The notes under the pieces: generated by a model
Told to the model about the DNA's origin: nothing
Seen by the model: the letters and a program-made list of their open reading frames with translations, nothing else
The model's database searches: none
Origin: Patescibacteria group bacterium
GTDB lineage: Bacteria > Patescibacteriota > Minisyncoccia > Phycocordibacterales > UBA9973
Direction: 5' to 3'
Assembly (NCBI GenBank): GCA_028868715.1
Contig: JAGWUB010000001.1
Span: 247,206 to 311,205 of the forward strand
DNA length: 64,000 nt
Made by a program: the position numbers and the translations under genes
Shown here: in pieces, positions 11,565 through 20,722 of the stretch
Layout: each line of letters begins with the position of its first letter
Position numbering within the stretch: the first letter of the stretch is position 1

Positions 11565-11585
11565 TTGATATAAACATTAGCACAC

Positions 11586-11990
11586 TTACGAATTATTTTC
11601 CTCTTCTGTTATCTTATGCTTAATTTCCTTGATTTTATGTGAATAGCCCGAGATTGCCTTCAAAAACTTTGAGACCTCAGCTCTTTCAGACACTTCACCA
11701 TTTGGATGTTTTTTAATATGGATATGCTGTATTTTAATTTTTATTTCTTGAAATTTATTCTTAAAAAAGTTCATTGATTGAATATAAGACTTTACCACTG
11801 CCACCAAGCCCATATGTTCATACTTTTTTATGTTTTCTGTCAGTACGTGCTTGATTTCTTTTAAGTATGGAATTTCAAAAGAAGCACCTTCGTCTATTTG
11901 TCCGTTTTCCAACAACATCAATTTTCTGCCAATCATAAAAATGATGGATACGAGTGATGCAAAGAAAAGAGTTAGAATAAAATAGATCAT
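11586..11990 (-). CDS. hypothetical small membrane protein
   Basis: It has an N-terminal TM helix. It lies downstream of tsf in the same orientation. Confidence 0.4.
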   Translation of the reverse strand: MIYFILTLFFASLVSIIFMIGRKLMLLENGQIDEGASFEIPYLKEIKHVLTENIKKYEHMGLVAVVKSYIQSMNFFKNKFQEIKIKIQHIHIKKHPNGEVSERAEVSKFLKAISGYSHKIKEIKHKITEEENNS

Positions 11991-12009
11991 ATTTTTGTTT
12001 AGTAATATC

Positions 12010-12789
12010 TTATATTGAAGAACGCTTTACTTCCTTTATTTTTGCTCCAGATTTTTCTAAAAGTTTTCCAACTGTTTCCTCTGGGTTCTTAATAAATAAT
12101 TGCTCGGGTAAGGTCTTTTCCTTAAAGTATGTGTTTATTTTTCCTTCCAACATTTTTTTCTTTATATCTGCTGGTTTATCTATTGTCGCTACCTCTTTTT
12201 CAAAAACTTCTGTTATGGTCTTTTTTACGTCTTCACTTATTTCAGATTCGCTCATATATTCAGGTTTCATCGCGGTTATATGCATTGCAATGTCTCTCGC
12301 AAGATCTGGAGTGCCTCCAACTAAGCTCACAATGACCCCAGACTTGTTGTTGTGTACATAAGTACCCAAAACCTCTCCAAGTACTTCATAAACCTCTCCG
12401 AGCTGGATATTCTCTCCAGTTTTTTGGATGACAGGATCGATAAAATCTTTTGATCCTTCTTTCATTTTTGGAATACCATCAGCAATGGCTATGTCCGCTA
12501 GTTTTTGAAGTAAATTTACAAAGTCTTCATTTCTAGACACGAAATCAGTCTCACAGTGGAGTGATACCATTACTGCTTTCTCACCATTAGTTTTTATACA
12601 AACACTTCCATCTTTAACTTCTCGGTCTCCCTTTTTTAAGGCAATATCAGAACTTGTTTTTTTCAAGATAGCCAAGGCCTTTTTCATATCTCCTTCGGCT
12701 TCTTCCAAGGCTCGTTTACACTGCATTACAGAGATGCCAGTGCTATCTCGTAATTCTTTTATAAGTTCTGTTGTTATTTGTATAGCCAT
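12010..12789 (-). CDS. tsf: translation elongation factor Ts
   Basis: The N-terminus reads MAIQITTELIKELRDSTGISVMQCKRALEEAEGDMKKAL. It lies downstream of rpsB. Confidence 0.9.
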   Translation of the reverse strand: MAIQITTELIKELRDSTGISVMQCKRALEEAEGDMKKALAILKKTSSDIALKKGDREVKDGSVCIKTNGEKAVMVSLHCETDFVSRNEDFVNLLQKLADIAIADGIPKMKEGSKDFIDPVIQKTGENIQLGEVYEVLGEVLGTYVHNNKSGVIVSLVGGTPDLARDIAMHITAMKPEYMSESEISEDVKKTITEVFEKEVATIDKPADIKKKMLEGKINTYFKEKTLPEQLFIKNPEETVGKLLEKSGAKIKEVKRSSI

Positions 12790-12839
12790 ATAATATTATT
12801 CCTTCAGTAAATTCCTGAAGAAAGAGTTACTAGTTAATT

Positions 12840-13595
12840 TTATTGAGTCTCTTGTTTCAGTTCTACTTTTTTATCTAGAGCTGGAACTGATAGTGTTCCT
12901 TTTTTATAAGCATTGGCCAAGGCTAAAGTGAAGAATTTAATTGACGGGATGACGCCATCATTAGCCACGATAGGGTAGTCAATGTTTCTGATGTCTGAGT
13001 CAGAATTTACCAAAGAAATCACGGTTACTCCTGACTTTTTGCCTTCAGTTGCCGCAATATGCTCGTTTTTTGCATCTATGATAAACAAAGCATCTGGAAT
13101 TTTTTTCAAACCGATAAGTCCGGAATAATATCTGGAAAGTTTTTCCATTTTCTTTGCCATCATTACTCGTTCCTTCTTTGTATATTTTTCAAGCTCACCC
13201 ATGGCACTATCTTTTTGATAAGTTTCAAGCTCGGTAATTCTTTTTTTGATTTCTGGAAAGTTAGATATCGTGCCTCCAATCCAGCGCTCGGTAACATAGG
13301 GCATACCCAGTGATTCGGCTATCTCCTTTATCGCCACCTTGGCTTCAGGCTTGGTGCCGACGAAAAGCACGATTTTACCTTCTGCGCCCAGGGTCTGTAT
13401 ATGCTTTTTTGCCTCATCAAGCAAAACACTTGTCTTTTCAAGGTCAATTATATCGCCCTTATTTTTAGTCGTGTATATATATGAAGAGACCGAAGGGTGT
13501 CTTCGGGTCTTACTGTAGCCATAATGGGCTCCAGCTTTGAACATTTGTTCTACCACTGTATCATTACTATCTTTCACAATATCTCCTTTTTGCAT
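12840..13595 (-). CDS. rpsB: 30S ribosomal protein S2
   Basis: Conserved segments GAHYGYSKTRRHPSVSSYIY and DALFIIDAKNEHIA. Classic rpsB-tsf gene pair. Confidence 0.9.
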   Translation of the reverse strand: MQKGDIVKDSNDTVVEQMFKAGAHYGYSKTRRHPSVSSYIYTTKNKGDIIDLEKTSVLLDEAKKHIQTLGAEGKIVLFVGTKPEAKVAIKEIAESLGMPYVTERWIGGTISNFPEIKKRITELETYQKDSAMGELEKYTKKERVMMAKKMEKLSRYYSGLIGLKKIPDALFIIDAKNEHIAATEGKKSGVTVISLVNSDSDIRNIDYPIVANDGVIPSIKFFTLALANAYKKGTLSVPALDKKVELKQETQ

Positions 13596-13690
13596 CTGGT
13601 TATTCTAGCAGAAACCAAGGCCTTTTGCAAATCCCAGCTTATTTTTTTAGAAATATTTTAACTTTGCAAAAAAGGCTTTTTTCAGGTAAG

Positions 13691-14959
13691 ATGAGCTCTA
13701 TGAGACAATCTAAACTTTTTACTAAAACTCGCAAAGAAGCCCCAGCAGATGAAATATCCAAAAATGCTCAGCTTCTCATTCGTGGAGGCTTTATAAATAA
13801 AGAAATGGCTGGGGTTTATAGCTATCTACCACTCGGTCTAAAAGTTTTTAAAAAAATAGAAAATATTATTCGCGAGGAAATGAACGCTATTGGCGGGCAA
13901 GAAATTGTTCTTTCTTCACTGCAAGAAAAAGAAACTTGGGAACCGACCGACCAATGGAATGATGAAAACATAGATGTGTGGTTTAAGACAAAATTAAAAA
14001 ATGAAACCGAGCTTGGACTGGCGGTGACGCACGAAGCTGCGATAACGAAAATGCTAAAAAACTTTTTGCAATCTTATCGTGATTTACCACAATACGTTTA
14101 TCAATTTCAGACAAAATTTCGTAACGAAATCAGGGCCAAAAGTGGAATTATGCGTTGCCGTGAATTTGTGATGAAAGATCTGTACTCGTTTGATATTGAC
14201 GAAAAAGCTCACTTGGAGTTTTACGAGAAATCAAAAAAAGCATACAAGACCATATTTGAACGAGTTGGCATCGGGCACCTTACTTACCTCACATTTGCTT
14301 CAGGAGGCATGTTTTCACCTTTTTCACATGAATTTCAGACGCTTACTAGCGCTGGAGAAGATACTATATATGTGGATGAGTCCAAGGGTATCGCTATAAA
14401 TAAAGAAGTAAATAATGACGAAGTTTTAGCAAAACTTGGAGTCAAAAAGGAGGATCTGGTTGAACACCGCGCCGTTGAAGTCGGTAATATATTTACTCTT
14501 GGGACACGGTTTTCAGACGCCCTTGATTTGAAATACCAAACAGAGGAAGGAGAAAAAAAGTCTGTATTCATGGGTTCATATGGAATTGGACCAGGGCGGG
14601 TGATGGGTACAGTTGTAGAAGTTCTCTCTGATGATAAGGGCATAATTTGGCCAGAAGCTATAGCACCTTTTCGTGTTCACTTACTTTCGCTTGGCGAAGA
14701 CGAGGCTATAATAGCTGAAGCAAATAAAGTTTACGAAACTCTGGTAAAAAATAAAGTTGAAGTTTTATTTGATGATCGTATAGGCATGTCAGCTGGAGAG
14801 AAGTTTGCTGATGCTGATTTATTGGGTATGCCACTGCGCGCAGTTGTATCACAAAGGAGTATTAAAGAGCTGGGCATAGAACTTAAAAAACGTACCGAGG
14901 AAAAAGGACAGGTCGTATCACTGGACGAATTATTAAAAATGTTAGAGACGAAAGCCTAG
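13691..14959 (+). CDS. proS: prolyl-tRNA synthetase, short form without the editing insertion
   Basis: Class II aaRS motifs and ProRS N-terminal similarity (LLIRGGFI, FRNEIRAKSGIMRCREFVMKDLYSFD). I chose the internal ATG at 13691 rather than the ORF-track start at 13625. Confidence 0.8.
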   Translation: MSSMRQSKLFTKTRKEAPADEISKNAQLLIRGGFINKEMAGVYSYLPLGLKVFKKIENIIREEMNAIGGQEIVLSSLQEKETWEPTDQWNDENIDVWFKTKLKNETELGLAVTHEAAITKMLKNFLQSYRDLPQYVYQFQTKFRNEIRAKSGIMRCREFVMKDLYSFDIDEKAHLEFYEKSKKAYKTIFERVGIGHLTYLTFASGGMFSPFSHEFQTLTSAGEDTIYVDESKGIAINKEVNNDEVLAKLGVKKEDLVEHRAVEVGNIFTLGTRFSDALDLKYQTEEGEKKSVFMGSYGIGPGRVMGTVVEVLSDDKGIIWPEAIAPFRVHLLSLGEDEAIIAEANKVYETLVKNKVEVLFDDRIGMSAGEKFADADLLGMPLRAVVSQRSIKELGIELKKRTEEKGQVVSLDELLKMLETKA

Positions 14960-14974
14960 AACGTTACATATTTT

Positions 14975-16021
14975 ATGTTTGATAAATTTTATAAATTAAT
15001 TTCTAATGATATTGGCATAGACTTGGGGACATCAAATACCTTGGTGTATTTGAAAGGTCACGGTATCGTGATAAACGAGCCTTCGGTGGTGGCAGTCAAT
15101 ATCAAAACAAATCAAATTCTGGCCGTCGGTATAAAAGCAAAAGAAATGCTCGGCAGAACTCCAGGACACATCAAGGCTGTCCGACCACTAGTCGACGGCG
15201 TTATTTCAGATTTTGAAGTTACGGAAGAAATGCTTTCCTATTTAATAAATAAAGCTGATAAAATTTCTAAAAAGCTTGCCAGGCCTAGAGTTGTCATCGG
15301 AATACCGTCTGGGACAACCAACGTTGAATCCCGAGCTGTGTACGATGCGGCACATTCAGCTGGCGCCAGAGAAGTTTTTTTAGTAGAGGAACCAATGGCA
15401 GCAGCCGTCGGTATCCGTTTACCAATCAAAGAACCAGTCGGCTCTATGGTTATAGATATTGGTGGTGGCACCACAGACATTGCCGTAATTTCATTGGGTG
15501 GAATTGTTAAGTCAAAAAATTTAAAAATAGCTGGTGATAAACTAAACAACGATATTATCACATACATGCGTGATGAGTTTAAGATATTGATTGGTGAAAG
15601 GACTGCTGAAATGGTCAAAATTGCCATTGGCTCTGTTGCCCCAGGCATTTACATGGAAAGCCAAGTTCATGGACGAGATCTGTTGACTGGATTGCCAAGA
15701 GCTGTGGTGGTAACTGATGCTGACATCCGTGAAGCACTTTCACTATCAATCAGGGAATTGGTGGAAGGTATAAAAGATATGTTGGAGACAACACCACCTG
15801 AAATTTTATCCGACATAATGCATACTGGGATTACTCTATCTGGTGGCGGGGCATTGATATCCGGACTTGCTGAATTTTTGCAAAAAGTTCTCAAAATACC
15901 AGTTTACGTGGTAGAAGATCCGCTTTCAGCTGTGGCGAGAGGTACAGGAGTAATTTTAGATAATATGGAATTTTATAAAGAAGTTTTGATTAGTAATCAA
16001 AATGAGCTACCTCCTAGATAA
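14975..16021 (+). CDS. mreB: rod-shape determining protein MreB
   Basis: Actin-fold motifs DIGIDLGTSNTLVY and VIDIGGGTTD. Confidence 0.92.
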   Translation: MFDKFYKLISNDIGIDLGTSNTLVYLKGHGIVINEPSVVAVNIKTNQILAVGIKAKEMLGRTPGHIKAVRPLVDGVISDFEVTEEMLSYLINKADKISKKLARPRVVIGIPSGTTNVESRAVYDAAHSAGAREVFLVEEPMAAAVGIRLPIKEPVGSMVIDIGGGTTDIAVISLGGIVKSKNLKIAGDKLNNDIITYMRDEFKILIGERTAEMVKIAIGSVAPGIYMESQVHGRDLLTGLPRAVVVTDADIREALSLSIRELVEGIKDMLETTPPEILSDIMHTGITLSGGGALISGLAEFLQKVLKIPVYVVEDPLSAVARGTGVILDNMEFYKEVLISNQNELPPR

Positions 16022-16901
16022 AAGCCGAAAAAGGAATAGGTTTCTGAAAATTATTTTTGGTATTTTCTTTTTCATTATTTTATTTTATTTTCGAGCAGGT
16101 ATTTTTAATGGACTTTCGTATATAAGTGGAGGCGTTTTTCGCCCAGTTTTAATTTCTAGCAATGGTATTGGTGGAAAAATTAATGATCTTGGCTCATATT
16201 TTTCTTCTAAGAATTCTCTCTATAAAGAAAATTTGGACTTAAAATCTAAGCTGGACGGCAGTGCTGCAGATAGAGCCAACTATGATTCAGTAGTGGCAGA
16301 GAATCAAAGCCTGAAAGAAATTTTAGGCAGAAAAAATATCCAGGCTAACATGATCTTGGGAGCTATTTTAGCAAAGCCAAATCAGAGTTTATATGATACG
16401 CTCTTAATTGATGTGGGTAGTGAACAAGGCATAAAAATGGCAGACAGAGTTTTTGCTTATGGAAATATTCCGATAGGCTACATAGCAGAAGTTAATTCAA
16501 AATCTTCAAAAGTAATTTTACTTTCAAATAGTGGAGAGGTGACACAAGTCGTGGCTTCTATTACTCATAACCCCGCTGACGAGGCAAACAAGCCAATACA
16601 GAGTGACACAGTGACGGTGGACCAAATTACACCTAGCCCTAGTGTTGTCCCTACTCCCGTTGCGCAAGGTAAAAACGTTTCTTTGGAAATAATTGGACGT
16701 GGTGGTGGAAATTTTGAAATGGCTATACCAAACGGACTTAATTTATTTAAAGGAGATCAAGTCGTTTTGCCAGGTATGTCATCTTATGTAGTTGGTATTG
16801 TAGAGACTATCATTTCTGATCCACGTAATTCTTTCCAAAAAGCCTTATTAGTATCTCCAGTTAATATTCAAGGACTTAAATTTGTGGAAGTGCAAAATTG
16901 A
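16002..16901 (+). CDS. mreC: rod-shape determining protein MreC (likely)
   Basis: It overlaps the mreB stop. It has an N-terminal TM helix, a coiled-coil and a beta-rich C-terminal part. Confidence 0.6.
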   Translation: MSYLLDKSRKRNRFLKIIFGIFFFIILFYFRAGIFNGLSYISGGVFRPVLISSNGIGGKINDLGSYFSSKNSLYKENLDLKSKLDGSAADRANYDSVVAENQSLKEILGRKNIQANMILGAILAKPNQSLYDTLLIDVGSEQGIKMADRVFAYGNIPIGYIAEVNSKSSKVILLSNSGEVTQVVASITHNPADEANKPIQSDTVTVDQITPSPSVVPTPVAQGKNVSLEIIGRGGGNFEMAIPNGLNLFKGDQVVLPGMSSYVVGIVETIISDPRNSFQKALLVSPVNIQGLKFVEVQN

Positions 16902-18199
16902 TGGATTTTAAAATTGAGAAAAAGTTAAAAAATAGTCTTGGGCGGGCTGGGGTATTAAAAACTGCTCATGGGGAAATCCATACTCCAGCTTTCGTGCCCG
17001 TGGGAACGAAAGCTACGATCAAGGCTCTCACTACTGAACAGGTTTTGGAGCTTGGCGCCGAAGTTATTTTAGCTAATACATACCATCTTTATTTACAACC
17101 AGGAGATGAAATTGTAAGAGATGCCGGTGGCTTACATAAATTTATGAACTGGAATGGTCCAATCATCACCGACTCTGGTGGTTTTCAAGTTTTTTCTTTG
17201 GGCGCTGCTTACGGAAAAGAGATTTCCAAGGTAACAAAGATAACTGATCCTTCACTTTTGATCCCAGAACGTTTTGACGACAGCGATGCTCCGCGGCTGG
17301 CAAAAATTGGACAAGATGGAGTTTCCTTTAAGTCACATCTTGATGGCTCGGTGCATTATATTACTCCCGAAAAGTCTATTGAAATTCAACACAACCTAGG
17401 CGCAGATATTATTTTTGCTTTTGATGAATGTACTAGCCCAACTGAGGACTTACGTTATCAAGAAGAAGCACTGGAGCGAACGCATCGATGGGCAGAGAGA
17501 AGTTTAGCGGAGCATGAAAAATTAAAGAATTCAAAAAAGCAACTTTCTCACGACTCGCACTCTGTCCTGAATATGACTGACCGAGCTTTGGATGCGAAGG
17601 TCGAAGAAAGTTCTTTTTCGAATTCTTCTAAAAATTTTTCTTCCGCACTTTTTGGTATTGTGCAGGGTGGGCGGGATGAAAATTTGCGCAAGAAATCAGC
17701 TCATTTTATGAGTAAGCTAGATTTTGATGGATTTGGGATTGGTGGGAGTTTTGCCAAGGAAGATATGTCTACGGCTGTGAAATGGGTAAATAAGATTTTG
17801 CCAGAGGAAAAACCTCGCCATTTACTTGGTATCGGTGAACCAGAAGATTTGTTTATGGGTATAGAAAATGGGGTGGATCTTTTTGACTGCGTAGCGCCAA
17901 CTCGCAACGCCAGAAATGGTTCGCTGTATACCAAAGGTGGAAAAATAAATATTACAAATACGAAATACCGAAATGACTTTTCAAAAATAGAAGAAGCTTG
18001 CGAGTGTTACACCTGCAAAAGCTATACTCGTGCCTATTTAGCACACCTCTTCCACGGTAAAGAAATGTTAGCTGGAACACTCGCCACAATACACAATCTT
18101 TATTTTATTGTTAGCTTAGTTAAAAAAATTCGACGATCAATCATAGACGAAAACTTCTTCGAATTCAAAAAGGAGTTCTTGAGCGAGTATTCACAATAG
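16898..18199 (+). CDS. tgt: queuine tRNA-ribosyltransferase with a roughly 33-aa in-frame insertion
   Basis: The N-terminus reads LKTAHGEIHTPAFVPVGTKA. The zinc site is CECYTCKSYTRAYLAHL. The gene is about 55 aa longer than a typical Tgt. Confidence 0.9.
   Translation: MMDFKIEKKLKNSLGRAGVLKTAHGEIHTPAFVPVGTKATIKALTTEQVLELGAEVILANTYHLYLQPGDEIVRDAGGLHKFMNWNGPIITDSGGFQVFSLGAAYGKEISKVTKITDPSLLIPERFDDSDAPRLAKIGQDGVSFKSHLDGSVHYITPEKSIEIQHNLGADIIFAFDECTSPTEDLRYQEEALERTHRWAERSLAEHEKLKNSKKQLSHDSHSVLNMTDRALDAKVEESSFSNSSKNFSSALFGIVQGGRDENLRKKSAHFMSKLDFDGFGIGGSFAKEDMSTAVKWVNKILPEEKPRHLLGIGEPEDLFMGIENGVDLFDCVAPTRNARNGSLYTKGGKINITNTKYRNDFSKIEEACECYTCKSYTRAYLAHLFHGKEMLAGTLATIHNLYFIVSLVKKIRRSIIDENFFEFKKEFLSEYSQ
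17527..17625. repeat. 99-nt GC-rich palindromic MITE/RPE-like element inserted in frame in tgt
   Basis: Terminal inverted repeats are GAATTCAAAAAAGCAACTTTCTCA and TCGAAGAAAGTTCTTTTTCGAATTC. Length is 33 codons. GC is far above the surrounding sequence. Confidence 0.6.
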
Positions 18200-18289
18200 C
18201 TTTACCCCCACACCTATAGTATACGTGTGGGGGTTTACATTTTGCGTGTGATTGTTATACTATTTTTACGTTTTAATTTTGCCAAAAAA

Positions 18290-19693
18290 GTGAAGAAATC
18301 AAAAAAACCGAAAAAGAAAGTAGGGAAAAACTGGAGGAAGTTTTGGAAGCTCGGAGCAGAAGAGTTTAACACTCAATTTTTTGACGTGAGTAAAGAGGGC
18401 GAACTGCTCGCTAAAGAAGGTCACCATATATATAATTTAAAAAATCTAGCTCAAAAATATGGTACACCCCTACAGGTAGTTTTGCCATTTATTATAGAAG
18501 ACCGTTTGAAAGATTTGATCGGTTATTTTCAGGCGTATATGAAAATATATGGCTACCGGGGTAAATTTTACTATCACTACCCGATGAAGGTTAATCAAAA
18601 TAAAGAATTTATTCTTTCTCTTATTTCTGAGGGAGCAAATCTAGAAGCAACATCTGCCAACGAACTTTGGCTTGTAAAAAAACTTTGGGAAGGAGAAAGG
18701 TTTAATAGTAAAATTCGCGTACTTTGCAATGGTCCAAAAACCGAACAGTATTTGGATTTAATAGAAGAATTGAGAGGTAAGGGAATGAATGTGGTTCCCA
18801 TTATGGAGTCTCTAGATGAGATTGATAGACTTTCAAAATACAAAGGCGACATCGGAGTGCGAGTAGATCTAAATGTTAAGGCTGACTCACACTGGGATAA
18901 AAAATTTGATCGATTTGGACTATCGGAAAAAGATGCCCTTGGTTTGAGCAAGATGAAAAATCTTAAAATTATGCACTACCATATGGGTTCTCAAATAAAA
19001 ACACAAAAAAGTATTTTTGATGGAGTGAAGCATGGATTTGGTATATATAAACAATTACAGAAAACACATCCAAACCTTGATACCCTAGACATCGGTGGAG
19101 GATTTGGTATTCCATATGAAAAGAAAAAGTTTTATACCGCCAAGGGTGTTTCTAGTAAAATTATTAAAATGTTGAAAAATTTATCAGACAAGGAGGGAAT
19201 CCGACATCCAAACTTGGTAATAGAATGGGGGCAATACATTGTAGCTCCGGCGCAGGTGACTATTTACAAAGTGCTTTCTGAAAAATCTATTCCAAAGGCA
19301 AACGCTAAATCTTGGTACATAGTTGATGGTAGTTTTATGAATGATCTAAAGGATACTTGGGCGATTCATCAAAAGTTTTACACAATTCCACTAAACAACA
19401 TGCATAGTCCCTTGAAGACGACTTGGTTTGCCGGTAGTACTTGTGACTCGGATGATAAATATACCGCTGGGGGAAATTACATTTTGATGCCAAAACTTTA
19501 TGAGGACAAAGATCAATATGTAGCTATTTTAGATACCGGTGCCTATCAGGACGGGCTAGCGTCTCACCACTGCCTACTTTCAGCACCAATGAAAATTGTG
19601 GCACAAGACGGTATGATAAAAATTGCTCGTAAGCGCGAAGGTCCAGATGCTATCAGTAAACTTTTTGGTTGGACAAACGGGGACCATAAATAA
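18290..19693 (+). CDS. PLP-dependent decarboxylase of the Orn/DAP/Arg decarboxylase (alanine-racemase fold) family with a Lys-rich N-terminal tail
   Basis: YPMKVNQNKEFIL resembles the PLP-lysine region. Other motifs are DIGGGFGIPY and CDSDD. The start at GTG 18290 is inferred because the ATG at 18227 lies inside a hairpin. Confidence 0.65.
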   Translation: MKKSKKPKKKVGKNWRKFWKLGAEEFNTQFFDVSKEGELLAKEGHHIYNLKNLAQKYGTPLQVVLPFIIEDRLKDLIGYFQAYMKIYGYRGKFYYHYPMKVNQNKEFILSLISEGANLEATSANELWLVKKLWEGERFNSKIRVLCNGPKTEQYLDLIEELRGKGMNVVPIMESLDEIDRLSKYKGDIGVRVDLNVKADSHWDKKFDRFGLSEKDALGLSKMKNLKIMHYHMGSQIKTQKSIFDGVKHGFGIYKQLQKTHPNLDTLDIGGGFGIPYEKKKFYTAKGVSSKIIKMLKNLSDKEGIRHPNLVIEWGQYIVAPAQVTIYKVLSEKSIPKANAKSWYIVDGSFMNDLKDTWAIHQKFYTIPLNNMHSPLKTTWFAGSTCDSDDKYTAGGNYILMPKLYEDKDQYVAILDTGAYQDGLASHHCLLSAPMKIVAQDGMIKIARKREGPDAISKLFGWTNGDHK

Positions 19694-19696
19694 TTT

Positions 19697-20206
19697 ATGA
19701 AAATTAGAAAAGGTTTCATCTACTCTTTTATTGTTGTCATTCTCTTTGTAGTGGCAGGGTTTGTTTTAATTAGCCGTTCTTCGGTAAATGTTAAACCAGA
19801 AATTTTAGAAATTCCAAATAACACCTCGCAAGCAGAAAATATAAAATACGTAAAAATAGCAGGGAAAAATATAAAAGTTGATTTGGCTTTGACTCCAAGT
19901 GAGCAGAGTCAGGGATTATCCGGACGCGCTTCCCTTGATGAAAATACAGGAATGTTGTTTGTTTTTGATCGACCCGATAAATATGCTTTTTGGATGAAAG
20001 ACATGAATTTTTCAATAGATATGATTTGGATTGGAGAGGATAATAAAATAGTTTTTATAAAAAAGAATGCCTTGCCAAAAGATTATCCAGAAACTTACCA
20101 GCCTGGCATGGACAACAATACCGCTAGGTATGTTTTAGAAATCACTGCTGGTTTTTCGGAAAAAAATAATCTAAAAATAGGGGACGAGGTAGTATTTACA
20201 TACTAA
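19697..20206 (+). CDS. DUF192 (COG1430) domain protein
   Basis: Pattern GMLFVFD...AFWMKDMNFSIDMIWIGEDNKIVFI. Confidence 0.65.
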   Translation: MKIRKGFIYSFIVVILFVVAGFVLISRSSVNVKPEILEIPNNTSQAENIKYVKIAGKNIKVDLALTPSEQSQGLSGRASLDENTGMLFVFDRPDKYAFWMKDMNFSIDMIWIGEDNKIVFIKKNALPKDYPETYQPGMDNNTARYVLEITAGFSEKNNLKIGDEVVFTY

Positions 20207-20229
20207 TATTTTATGATATAATGTTAAGT

Positions 20230-20526
20230 AGCCTTGTGTTAGATAGCTACTCTTCGATTTATATCGGAGAGAGGAAAGTCCGAACACATAGCCCTTTGGG
20301 TTAAACGTAGCGGGTAATTCCCGTCGTCCGCAAGGATAGAGGTGCGAACAGAGACGAGCTCCTTTAGTGGAGGTGAAACGGCAAAATCCTTACGCGTGTG
20401 CAAGATCGTGCTCCGACCTCGGTCGGAGAGAATCGCTTGAGTCCTGTAGTAATGCAGGACCTAGACAAATTGCTATCGCTCCGACCTCGGTCGGGGTCAC
20501 AAAATTCGGCTTATAGACACAAGGCT
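20230..20526 (+). ncRNA. rnpB: RNase P RNA (bacterial type, compact)
   Basis: P4 strands GAGAGGAAAGTCCGAACAC and ACAAAATTCGGCTTATA. A GGTGAAACGG motif. The P1 helix closes as AGCCTTGTGT...ACACAAGGCT. Confidence 0.85.
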
Positions 20527-20534
20527 AAAACATG

Positions 20535-20563
20535 AAAAATCCTCTCGCAAGAGAGGATTTTTC
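20535..20563 (+). terminator. rho-independent terminator after rnpB
   Basis: AATCCTCTC-GCAA-GAGAGGATT followed by TTTT. Confidence 0.75.
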
Positions 20564-20599
20564 TACTATACTTGCTTTTTTGTGAGAAGTATGCTATAT

Positions 20600-20692
20600 T
20601 GGCTCCGTGAGTGTAAGGAGTGATTCTTGCATTTATCGTAAACAATATATGTGCCGCAAAGGCCCACCGCAAGGTGGGTCTTTGTTTTTTTC
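20600..20692 (+). ncRNA. candidate small RNA or terminator-containing 5' leader upstream of mltG
   Basis: An extended -10 TGCTATATT lies at 20592-20600. It is followed by about 60 nt and a strong terminator (GCCCACC-GCAA-GGTGGGTC-TTTGTTTTTTT). Confidence 0.35.
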
Positions 20693-20722
20693 TGTTCTTT
20701 TCTGATATAATTATTATGCAAT

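Noticed and set aside
11565-11585. I looked for a phage attachment-site repeat or an integrase next to tRNA-Thr, and also next to tRNA-Ala and tRNA-Asn.
   Set aside because: There is no integrase or recombinase ORF and no obvious duplicated tRNA 3' segment by eye. Only the compositionally odd islet at 23.2-24.2 kb is reported, and that as a finding.
20400-20510. Two copies of CTCCGACCTCGGTCGG(A/G)G that looked like a dispersed repeat.
   Set aside because: Both lie inside the RNase P RNA gene, where they form its peripheral hairpins. They are not mobile elements.
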